From Armatimonadota bacterium (lineage in GTDB: Bacteria; Armatimonadota; SYMT01), in the NCBI GenBank assembly GCA_041690135.1, contig JAWLHY010000013.1:202306-266305 (forward strand): a DNA stretch of 64,000 nt. The letters run 5' to 3'. The notes under the pieces were generated by a model. That model had not been told where the DNA came from. It did not search any database and was given only the letters and a program-made list of their open reading frames with translations. A program made the position numbers and the translations under genes. How positions within the stretch are numbered: position 1 is the first letter of the stretch; each line of letters begins with the position of its first letter. Positions 10,311 to 17,928 of this stretch are shown piece after piece.

Positions 10311-11186
10311 CTATTTGACGGTGTGGTATTCCTTGTTCTTGAGTCCCTCGTGGGTGTGCTTCACATCGAGGTCCACATCGGGCTCCTTCTTCAGCTTTGG
10401 CGGGACCAGGTCGCCGACGGGGCCTTTCCCGATGGTGATGCCGCCGTCCACCGTCCAGAGGGCGCCGGTCACGTAGCTCGCTTCATCGGAAGCCAGGAAG
10501 GCATAGACGTTGGCGATCTCTTCCACGGTGGCGCGCCGGCCGAGGGGGGTGGCCTGGAGCGTCATCGTTTCGGTCTGGGCATCCATCGGCCCCTGCTCTT
10601 TGTGGGTCCAGGCGGTGTCGACGGCGCCCGGGCAGATGCAGTTGGCGCGTACGCCGTAGTGGGCTTGCTCGACGGCCACGCCGCGCATGAACGCGTGGAG
10701 AAAGCCCTTGGTCCCTCCGTAAGGAGTGTTCTTCGTCAGGCCGACGATGCCGGACTCGGAACCGGCGCAGATGACGTTGCCGCGAGTCTTCTGCAGGTAC
10801 GGCAGCGCGTACTTGGTCATCAGGAAGGCGGAGCGAAGGTTCATCCGCAACGTGTAGTCGAAGTCCTCGAGAGCGTAGTCTTGTGTTTCGCCCACGGCAA
10901 CGAAGACGCCGGCGTTGTTGATCAGGATGTCCAGACGGCCCCATTCCGACACGGCAGTCCGGACACAGTCTTCCGCGGCCTTTTCATCGGAGACATCGCC
11001 CAGGAAGCCGATAGCCTTCCCGCCGTGCTTCTGGATGCTGTCCACCACGTCCTTCACGGGGTCGGTGGGCAAACCGTTGACGACGACCTTTGCGCCTTCC
11101 TTGGCGAACTTGTGGGCGATTGCCTCCCCGATCCCGGTGCCGGCTCCGGTGATGATCGCTACCTTATCGTGCAGGTGCTGATGCAT
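10311..11186 (-). CDS. Classical SDR oxidoreductase
   Basis: TGAGTGIG, NNAG, YGGTK. Confidence 0.93.
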   Translation of the reverse strand: MHQHLHDKVAIITGAGTGIGEAIAHKFAKEGAKVVVNGLPTDPVKDVVDSIQKHGGKAIGFLGDVSDEKAAEDCVRTAVSEWGRLDILINNAGVFVAVGETQDYALEDFDYTLRMNLRSAFLMTKYALPYLQKTRGNVICAGSESGIVGLTKNTPYGGTKGFLHAFMRGVAVEQAHYGVRANCICPGAVDTAWTHKEQGPMDAQTETMTLQATPLGRRATVEEIANVYAFLASDEASYVTGALWTVDGGITIGKGPVGDLVPPKLKKEPDVDLDVKHTHEGLKNKEYHTVK

Positions 11187-11307
11187 TGTGTCCTCCTTGA
11201 ATGCTGGTCGTGGCGCTGTTGCCGCTTGCGGCGTGTGTTACCCAAAGCGGCCACCGCACCTTTACCCAGCGAGAAGTCTGAACACCCATGACGGATAGGA
11301 GGTCGCA

Positions 11308-11340
11308 AGAAAAAGGCAGGGCCGTTTCCGACCCTGCCTT
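11308..11340 (-). terminator. Rho-independent terminator
   Basis: AAGGCAGGG/CCCTGCCTT hairpin followed by a T-tract on the minus strand, downstream of 11375-11794. Confidence 0.75.
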
Positions 11341-11374
11341 CGTTGAACCAATTCGCCCCTAAATTCAGCATTAC

Positions 11375-11794
11375 TTACCGGCGATAGCGGTTGTAGTCGT
11401 AGCGGTCGTACTTGTTGCGCACGCCGTCTCGATCCCAGTCCCGCTCGCGCGAGTGCCGGCTGTGAGTGTAGTCGTACCGGTCGCGGCTGTTGGGGATGCG
11501 GTCGCCGTCGATGTCCCGGTCCCGATGGTTCGGGATCCCATCCCGGTCGAGGTCGTATCGGTTCGTGCGGTAGCGACTGCTGCTATACCGGCTTCGGTCG
11601 TAGCGGCTGCTGCCATAACGGTAGGAGTTGGACCGATAGCTGGGATAGCTGCGGCTCTTGTTCTTATAGTAACCATGGGCGCGCGCGTGTGGAGGAGGCG
11701 CGGCGGAGGCGGGAGCCGCCTCGGCGAACAGCAGTCCGAGACCCAGCAACGCACCCACTCCTATCGCAAGTCGAAAGTTGTTCCGACCGGTCAT
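11375..11794 (-). CDS. Small secreted Arg/Tyr-rich protein with DxDxDG (Ca-binding-like) repeats
   Basis: Signal peptide; DLDRDGIPN, DIDGDRIPN, DWDRDGVRN; SD upstream. Confidence 0.8.
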   Translation of the reverse strand: MTGRNNFRLAIGVGALLGLGLLFAEAAPASAAPPPHARAHGYYKNKSRSYPSYRSNSYRYGSSRYDRSRYSSSRYRTNRYDLDRDGIPNHRDRDIDGDRIPNSRDRYDYTHSRHSRERDWDRDGVRNKYDRYDYNRYRR

Positions 11795-11980
11795 TTTCTT
11801 TTTCCTTTCCGGATCGCAGGCTCACTCCCTCGTTAGTTTCGAGGCCACGCTGCGACAGGTGGCGAACACCTCTACCGGAAAGACCCGCTAACTGGCGTTA
11901 GGCTCCCTCGCTTATATTGCGTATTTGTTGAGGATTGGCGCGATTGAGACGCCGTTATCCCACGCCGTCAATCAGTAGAC

Positions 11981-12337
11981 ATGCGACGGATCGAATTCAC
12001 CCCCGACTGCGCCCTCCCAATCTCCCACTTTGAGAGCCACGGAGCCTCGAGCGTGCCACTCGGCGATGGCTCCGGCGAGACGCACATCTATTGCATCTAC
12101 CTGGAGTCGGGAAGCGCGATCGGTCTGCACCCGGCCGGTTTCGGGCAGCTCTTTCTGGTCGTGGCGGGAACGGCCTGGGCCGCGGGCGCCACGGGAGAGC
12201 GGATCCCCCTTCAAACCGGCCAGGGCGCCGTGTTCGAGAAGGGTGAGTTGCACTCCAAGGGCAGTGACAGCGGGGCGACGGTCCTGATGATCCAGGTCAG
12301 TAAATTGGATGCGCGTTGCTCCGTGGAGCAGGAGTGA
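11981..12337 (+). CDS. Cupin domain protein
   Basis: IGLHPA...QLFLVVAG...GQGAVFEKGELH cupin motifs. Confidence 0.85.
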   Translation: MRRIEFTPDCALPISHFESHGASSVPLGDGSGETHIYCIYLESGSAIGLHPAGFGQLFLVVAGTAWAAGATGERIPLQTGQGAVFEKGELHSKGSDSGATVLMIQVSKLDARCSVEQE

Positions 12338-12370
12338 GGCCGGGCTGTAGAGAAACCAGCAGTCGGGCGC

Positions 12371-12442
12371 GGGGACTGTAGCTCAAGGGAAGAGTGCCCC
12401 CCTCAAGCGGGAAGTTGGCGGTTCGAGTCCGTCCAGTCTCTG
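12371..12442 (+). ncRNA. tRNA-like element 1 (8-bp acceptor stem, anticodon arm 2 nt short, loop CTCAA)
   Basis: GGGGACTG TA GCTC AAGGGAA GAGT G CCCCC CTCAA GCGGG AAGTT GGCGG TTCGAGT CCGTC CAGTCTCT G. Confidence 0.7.
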
Positions 12443-12456
12443 CGCCTCCTACCTGT

Positions 12457-12530
12457 GGAGACTGTAGCTCAAGGGAAGAGCGCCCACTTGTCACGTGGGG
12501 GGTTGGCGGTTCGAGTCCGTCCGGTCTCCG
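12457..12530 (+). ncRNA. tRNA-like element 2 (Asp-like, anticodon GTC, 8-bp acceptor stem, no CCA)
   Basis: GGAGACTG TA GCTC AAGGGAA GAGC G CCCAC TTGTCAC GTGGG GGGTT GGCGG TTCGAGT CCGTC CGGTCTCC G. Confidence 0.8.
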
Positions 12531-12546
12531 TGCCTCCAGCCCATCC

Positions 12547-12620
12547 GGAGACCGTAGTTCAAGGGAAGAGCACCCACTTGCTAAGTGGGAGGCTGACGGT
12601 TCGAGTCCGTCCGGTCTCCA
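12547..12620 (+). ncRNA. tRNA-like element 3 (anticodon GCT with short variable loop, 8-bp acceptor stem)
   Basis: GGAGACCG TA GTTC AAGGGAA GAGC A CCCAC TTGCTAA GTGGG AGGCT GACGG TTCGAGT CCGTC CGGTCTCC A, followed by CCT. Confidence 0.8.
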
Positions 12621-12655
12621 CCTCCTTCCGGATCGAGTGACAAGGGTGGTGCAGT

Positions 12656-14143
12656 GTGGAACCCGTCGAAGGCTTCACTCCCGAAGAAAGGGATCTCTTT
12701 ATCCGCATCCTCCAGCGGATTTCGGAGGATCCTTCCGTCATCGCCGGCGACGAGCGGATGAAGGGGTTGATCGCGAAGATCCACCGCCGGGGCAGGAAGG
12801 GGGAGCGGTTGGCCAACCGCAGCCTGCAGCAACAGCAGGACGGTGAGCTTCGCCGGCACACCGCAACTGTCCGCCGTGACCTCGAGTCTCGCCCGCTCGC
12901 GGAAGCTGATGCCACCGCCGCAGCCCTGACCGTGGGCGCCCTCCACCGGCCGGCTTCCTGTTACATCTGCAAACAGCGCTACACGGAGCTCCACTTCTTC
13001 TACCATTCGCTCTGTCCCCCTTGCGCTTCGCGGAACTATGCACGTCGTACGCAGCGCGCCGACCTGTCCGGCCGGACGGTGCTCTTAACAGGCGGCCGGA
13101 TCAAGATCGGGTATCAACTGGCCCTGAAGCTCCTGCGGGACGGGGCGCGGGTCATCCTCACCACCCGCTTCCCGGCGGACGCCCTCCGGCGCCTGGCCTC
13201 CGAGGGTGACTTCACGGAGTGGCGGCACCGCGTGGAGATCGTGGGGCTGGACCTCCGCAACTTGCCGGCCGTGGAAGCTTTTGCGCACCGGCTGCTGGAG
13301 ACGGAGCCCCACCTGGATATCCTCATCAACAACGCTGCGCAAACGATCAAACGTCCCCTCGCCTTCTACCGGCACCTTCTGGATCGGGAAGAAAGCCCCG
13401 CACTGCTGGAAGCGCTGCCCGGCTACCCGGCCGAACCCTTCTCTCGTTTCAGCACCGCTCCGGTGCTCCCAGTGAACGGAGCGGAACACGGGGAGATGCA
13501 CTCCGGGCGTGAGACAGTGGAGATCACCCCAACACCGATGTTGCCGCCGCCCACCGCTAGGGGCGATGGTGCCTGCGTGAGCGGGCTTCTGCCGGACCAC
13601 CTCTTTTCCCCGCCCGGAGAATGCGATCCGGACGGCCAGCAGGTAGACCGCCGTCCCCAGAACAGTTGGGCTTTGCGCCAGCACGAGGTCACCACGCTGG
13701 AATTGCTCGAGGTGCATCTCGTCAACGCGGTCGCTCCGTTCATCCTCTGCCGGGAACTGCGTCCGCTGTTCCTGCGCTCTCCCTTCTCACGGCGGTTCAT
13801 CATCAACGTCTCCGCGATGGAAGGCCAGTTCGCGCGGCAGAGCAAGACGGAGCACCATCCGCACACCAACATGGCCAAGGCCGCGCTGAATATGCTGACC
13901 CGCACCGCCGCCGCGGACTTCGCCCGCGACGGGATCTCCATGAACAGCGTCGATACCGGCTGGATCACCGACGAAAAGCCCTTCGACCGCCGGAGGCAGC
14001 ACCAGGAGGAGGGGTTCTTCACTCCGCTCGACGCGGTGGACGGCGCCGCTCGTGTCTACGACCCCGTAGTCCGCGGGCTAACGGAGGCGGACGAGCCGCT
14101 GTGGGGCCAGTTCTTGAAGGACTACGCGCCCCACCCCTGGTAG
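12656..14143 (+). CDS. Atypical SDR-family oxidoreductase with N-terminal Zn ribbon
   Basis: CYICK...LCPPC; TGGRIKIG; NNAAQT; NVSAMEG; HPHTNMAK in place of YxxxK. Confidence 0.9.
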   Translation: MEPVEGFTPEERDLFIRILQRISEDPSVIAGDERMKGLIAKIHRRGRKGERLANRSLQQQQDGELRRHTATVRRDLESRPLAEADATAAALTVGALHRPASCYICKQRYTELHFFYHSLCPPCASRNYARRTQRADLSGRTVLLTGGRIKIGYQLALKLLRDGARVILTTRFPADALRRLASEGDFTEWRHRVEIVGLDLRNLPAVEAFAHRLLETEPHLDILINNAAQTIKRPLAFYRHLLDREESPALLEALPGYPAEPFSRFSTAPVLPVNGAEHGEMHSGRETVEITPTPMLPPPTARGDGACVSGLLPDHLFSPPGECDPDGQQVDRRPQNSWALRQHEVTTLELLEVHLVNAVAPFILCRELRPLFLRSPFSRRFIINVSAMEGQFARQSKTEHHPHTNMAKAALNMLTRTAAADFARDGISMNSVDTGWITDEKPFDRRRQHQEEGFFTPLDAVDGAARVYDPVVRGLTEADEPLWGQFLKDYAPHPW

Positions 14144-14191
14144 TCGGAGGCACGTCCTGGTCCAATCGCCAGGCGCGACGGGGATGGAAGG

Positions 14192-14246
14192 GTGGGGTGT
14201 GGAAGAGTGGGAGTGTGGGAGTGTGGAAGAGTGGGAGTGTGGAAGG
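14192..14246. repeat. 8-mer tandem repeat (GTGTGGAA/GAGTGGGA variants)
   Basis: Directly visible between the SDR and LRR genes. Confidence 0.75.
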
Positions 14247-14254
14247 GTAAAGGA

Positions 14255-15454
14255 ATGGAGAAGCAAGCTCCCGAGTCAGGCATGTCCGAGCGGTCAACGG
14301 AGATAGCGCCGATCCGCTGCCCCGTGGGCGATCCCTATGCCCTCGTTCCGTGTGATCCGGACGAGATCTCGCCCCTGCTTCAGCACCTTCTCAGCGATGC
14401 TGCGGTCGACGCTCCCGCGGTGTTTCCACGGGGGACCCTGCTTCCGGATGGGCGCCTCGACCTGTGCAAGCAGAGCCTTGGCCCCACCGGCTGTCGCATG
14501 GTAGTCCAGGGCGTCGCGCGGAGTGCCCGGGTGCGGAGCCTGCTGCTGGGAACCAACGCCATTGGGGACGCGGGCGTTGCCGACGTGGCGGACCTGATCT
14601 CCCGCAACCCCTCGGTGGAGATCCTCTACCTGGGCTGCAACCGGATCTCGGCAGCGGGTGCGGAGCGACTGGCCGAAGCCCTCTCCGGGAACACCACCGT
14701 CACCGGCCTGTGGCTGAAACGGAACCCACTCGGGCCCCCGGGTATGGCCGCACTGGCCGGCATGCTCCGGCGTAACCGTACCCTGCGCACCCTCGATCTG
14801 GTGAACACCCAGCCCGGAGCGGAAGGGTTGGCGGTCCTCCTCGACGCGCTGATCGAAGAGAACCGAACGGTGGAGCGCCTGTACCTCGGCGGCAACGGCG
14901 TCACGCCCGAAGTGGCGGAGCGCTTGAAGGAGCTCCTGCGCCGAAACCTGCGGGTTCGCGCTCTCCTGCTCAACGTCAACCCGTTGGGCGATGCCGGTGT
15001 CGAGGCCCTGGCGGAGGGTCTCCGGTCGAACCCTACCCTGGAGGAATTGGGGCTCGCCAGTTGCGGAGTTACTGGCGAGGGGGCGAGCCGGCTGTTCCAG
15101 GCGCTGGCGCGGCACCCGGCCCTGCGTATTCTCGACCTCGGCTACAGCCCTTCCACACGGGTACTCGGAGCCGTGGGCAATTCCCTGGGCGATTCCGGGG
15201 CGGAGGCGGCCTCAATGTTCCTGTCCGCCAATCCCCCACTCCGGCGGCTGAACTTGCAACGGAACGGTATCGGCGGGGAGGGCAGGCGGCGCCTGGCGGA
15301 AGCGCTCGGTGGCAACACCCACCTCGTGGAGCTGACCCTGGACGGCACCCCGGATCCGCGGATCACGGCACGGCTGGAGCAGAACCGCGCCCGAACGGGA
15401 GAGGTGCCGGTTTGTTCTCCCGATGTGGCGCTGATCCGGAGCGTCTACCGGTAG
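14255..15454 (+). CDS. Ribonuclease-inhibitor-like (about 28-aa) leucine-rich repeat protein
   Basis: Repeats LLLGTNAIGDAG, LYLGCNRISAAG, LWLKRNPLGPPG, LLLNVNPLGDAG and others; start taken at ATG 14255. Confidence 0.88.
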   Translation: MEKQAPESGMSERSTEIAPIRCPVGDPYALVPCDPDEISPLLQHLLSDAAVDAPAVFPRGTLLPDGRLDLCKQSLGPTGCRMVVQGVARSARVRSLLLGTNAIGDAGVADVADLISRNPSVEILYLGCNRISAAGAERLAEALSGNTTVTGLWLKRNPLGPPGMAALAGMLRRNRTLRTLDLVNTQPGAEGLAVLLDALIEENRTVERLYLGGNGVTPEVAERLKELLRRNLRVRALLLNVNPLGDAGVEALAEGLRSNPTLEELGLASCGVTGEGASRLFQALARHPALRILDLGYSPSTRVLGAVGNSLGDSGAEAASMFLSANPPLRRLNLQRNGIGGEGRRRLAEALGGNTHLVELTLDGTPDPRITARLEQNRARTGEVPVCSPDVALIRSVYR

Positions 15455-15459
15455 GAATG

Positions 15460-15677
15460 AGGCGGGCAAGATGCCCGTCCCACTCCTGTGCCAGCTCCTT
15501 CGCACTCGTGATCGACTTCCTGGCGGGCGAGACGCCCGCCCCACTCCACCATTCAACGCTCACTACCCTGGGCACACGGGTCCGCAGTTGGCCGGCTCCA
15601 GATTCACGAGTGGCTACGGTTTTGCACGCACTCATCCCTCCACCGGGGTCCTGGCGGGCAAGATGCCCGCGTTCCAG
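15460..15677. repeat. REP-like palindromes, 3 copies of GGCGGGC(A/G)AGA(T/C)GCCCG
   Basis: Copies at about 15461, 15522 and 15653, between convergent genes. Confidence 0.7.
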
Positions 15678-15681
15678 CCAC

Positions 15682-17913
15682 TTACTTTTTCGCTGCGGGC
15701 ATGGCAGCCGGCTTGGTGGCGGGCTTGGGAGCCTGTTGGTCCACCACGATCCGGAAGCCGAGGAAGTTGGCGCGGAAATCGGGGGCGGCGTGCTTCCGGC
15801 GGGCGGCTTCCAGGCCGTCGGCGGGATCGTTCCAGGCTCCGCCGCGATAGACGCGCTCCTTGCCTTGGCCCGGACCGGAAGGGTCTTTGACGGGAGACTG
15901 TCCATAGAAGTCCGGTGCGAACCAGTCGGCGCACCACTCCGCCACGTTGCCGGTGAAGTCGTGAGCTCCGGTCTGGCTCATCCCCATCATCCGCTGCCCG
16001 ACGATCGCTGGTTTTTCCGCGCCGAACACGGCCCGTGAGGTATCGGGCTTCTGTCCGCCCCAGGCGAACGTGCGAGAATCCCGCCCGCGCGCGGCGTACT
16101 CCCATTCGGCTTCCGTGGGGAGTCTCCCGCCCGCCCACTTCGCATAAGCGGCGGCATCTTCCCAGGAGACGCCCACGACCGGTTGGGTCGGACCGTTGAA
16201 CCGCGGGTCCTCCCAGTGCGGAGGTTCGCGGTGCCCTGTCGCTTCGACGAACCTCCGGTATTGGGCGTTCGTCACTTCATTAGAGTAGATCCAGAATGAC
16301 CGCGAGAGGATTACCGGATGCGCGGGGAGATTCTCCGGCGCCCCTTCATCCAGGCCCATCCGGAGACCGCCGGAAGCGACCAGGACCATCTGGGCGCCAT
16401 CCGCCGAGTTCGTGCGCGGCTCCGGTCGCATGTAGGGCTTGCCCTCGGGGATCGGTTTGTCGCTCAGATCCAGCGTAACCGAGGTGCTCCAGACCATGCG
16501 CTTCCCATCCTGGCGGATGCCCTCGTAGTAGGCGCGTACCATCACGGCCGGCTGGCCCTCCGCACGCGCCCGCGCGATGAGATCGTTGGGCAGGGGCAGC
16601 TCAAGACGATGCGAGAACACGCCGGTGGCGGGAAGCGCTTCTTTCGCCTCGATCGGCCCGAAGCTGCGGAGACCTTTACCGTTCGGGAGCACATACCGCA
16701 GCCAGCGCGCAATCAGGCGGACCGGATAAGCGCCGTACCGGAAGTGGAAGCTCACTGGGGCTCGCGATCCCGGATCGATCTGGGTCCGGTTCGGCACGGC
16801 GCGCAGGCCGCTCAAGCTGTCTTCGGGCTCGGCGGAGACCACGCCGGGCAGGGTCCGCGCCGGCGTGGCCCGTACCTCCGCGGAAAAGTCGGAGTAGCCC
16901 TTGGGCCCCCGGTAGCGGATACGATAGGCCACGGGCGTCCCGGCGGTGAGCCCGTTGTCGACAAAGGTGGTGGTATCGGGTTCCAGCACCGCTACCTGGG
17001 CGTAGCGGGCCATCCCGGCCTTGCGTTCGATCAGGACTTCCTGCTCATCGTTCGCCACGTCGGTCCAGTCCAACCTTACGCGGGTCCGGGTAATCGGCGT
17101 CAAGTGAACGTTGATCGGCGCCGAGGGCACGTCCAGCAGCGTGGTCCCGTCCGCCTCATTGGAGGGGCTGGAGCTGCCGCCGGCGTTCTTCGCCGTTACC
17201 CGGTAAAAGTAGCGCGTGTTCGGGGTGAGGTTTTCGTCCAGGTAGGTGGTCGTATCCTTCGCCACCTTGCTCACCACCACGAAGGCGTCGTCCTTCTTCC
17301 GTTCCACCACGAACTCGGTCTCGTTGGTGCTGTGGTCCTGCCAGCGGAGCTCCAACTTCGAGGGAGACACCGCCCGGACCAGCAGATCGCCGGGAGCGTC
17401 CGGCACGGCGACGAGGGTCTTAACGGCCGCCTCGTTGGAGTAAGCCGGAACTCCGGCTTCGGCCGCTAGGCGGATGCGGTAGGTGTAGGCCGTGTCCGGG
17501 TCCAGGTTCTGGTCGGTGAACGACATCGTCCCCGGGGCCGTCTTCGCGATCACCGCGTACGGGCCGCTTGCCTTTCGCCGCTCGATGACGATTGGGAACG
17601 GCTGCGTGTTGCTGTCCTTCCAGGTCAGCCGGACCTGCGGGCCCGTGGCCGCTGCCGCGAGCATCGTGGGCGGTTGAGCGGGAGCGAGCAGGCGCGTCCC
17701 ATCTGCTTCGCAGAAGTTGAATGTCAGGGCATAGGTGCGCTTGCATCGGGGACAGGTCTTCACCGTCGCGGGGGCGGCTGGTTTGGTGGCCGCCGGCTTC
17801 CGCACCGGCTTCTTGGGAGCGGGCGCGCGGGGCGCCGATACAGCGCTACCGGCTACCAGCACCGTGGCCGCAAGCACCCAGCCTTCGCTGCCTGGATTTC
17901 GCTTAGGACTCAT
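15682..17913 (-). CDS. Fibronectin-III repeat plus FGE-sulfatase (SUMF1) domain protein
   Basis: N-terminal hydrophobic segment, CPRC..C Zn ribbon, three FN3 repeats, RLPTEAEWEYAARG, GNVAEW, LGFR. Confidence 0.88.
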   Translation of the reverse strand: MSPKRNPGSEGWVLAATVLVAGSAVSAPRAPAPKKPVRKPAATKPAAPATVKTCPRCKRTYALTFNFCEADGTRLLAPAQPPTMLAAAATGPQVRLTWKDSNTQPFPIVIERRKASGPYAVIAKTAPGTMSFTDQNLDPDTAYTYRIRLAAEAGVPAYSNEAAVKTLVAVPDAPGDLLVRAVSPSKLELRWQDHSTNETEFVVERKKDDAFVVVSKVAKDTTTYLDENLTPNTRYFYRVTAKNAGGSSSPSNEADGTTLLDVPSAPINVHLTPITRTRVRLDWTDVANDEQEVLIERKAGMARYAQVAVLEPDTTTFVDNGLTAGTPVAYRIRYRGPKGYSDFSAEVRATPARTLPGVVSAEPEDSLSGLRAVPNRTQIDPGSRAPVSFHFRYGAYPVRLIARWLRYVLPNGKGLRSFGPIEAKEALPATGVFSHRLELPLPNDLIARARAEGQPAVMVRAYYEGIRQDGKRMVWSTSVTLDLSDKPIPEGKPYMRPEPRTNSADGAQMVLVASGGLRMGLDEGAPENLPAHPVILSRSFWIYSNEVTNAQYRRFVEATGHREPPHWEDPRFNGPTQPVVGVSWEDAAAYAKWAGGRLPTEAEWEYAARGRDSRTFAWGGQKPDTSRAVFGAEKPAIVGQRMMGMSQTGAHDFTGNVAEWCADWFAPDFYGQSPVKDPSGPGQGKERVYRGGAWNDPADGLEAARRKHAAPDFRANFLGFRIVVDQQAPKPATKPAAMPAAKK

Positions 17914-17928
17914 CTTCAAGCCTCCACT

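Noticed and set aside
12371-12442. Unit 1 as tRNA-Sec or an opal suppressor (8/5 fold, TCA in the loop)
   Set aside because: It lacks the long variable arm and 6-bp D stem of tRNA-Sec, and the anticodon arm is 2 nt short and mismatched.
12371-12623. Array as a CRISPR
   Set aside because: The repeats are ~74-nt cloverleafs with 15-17-nt similar spacers, and there are no cas genes in the window.
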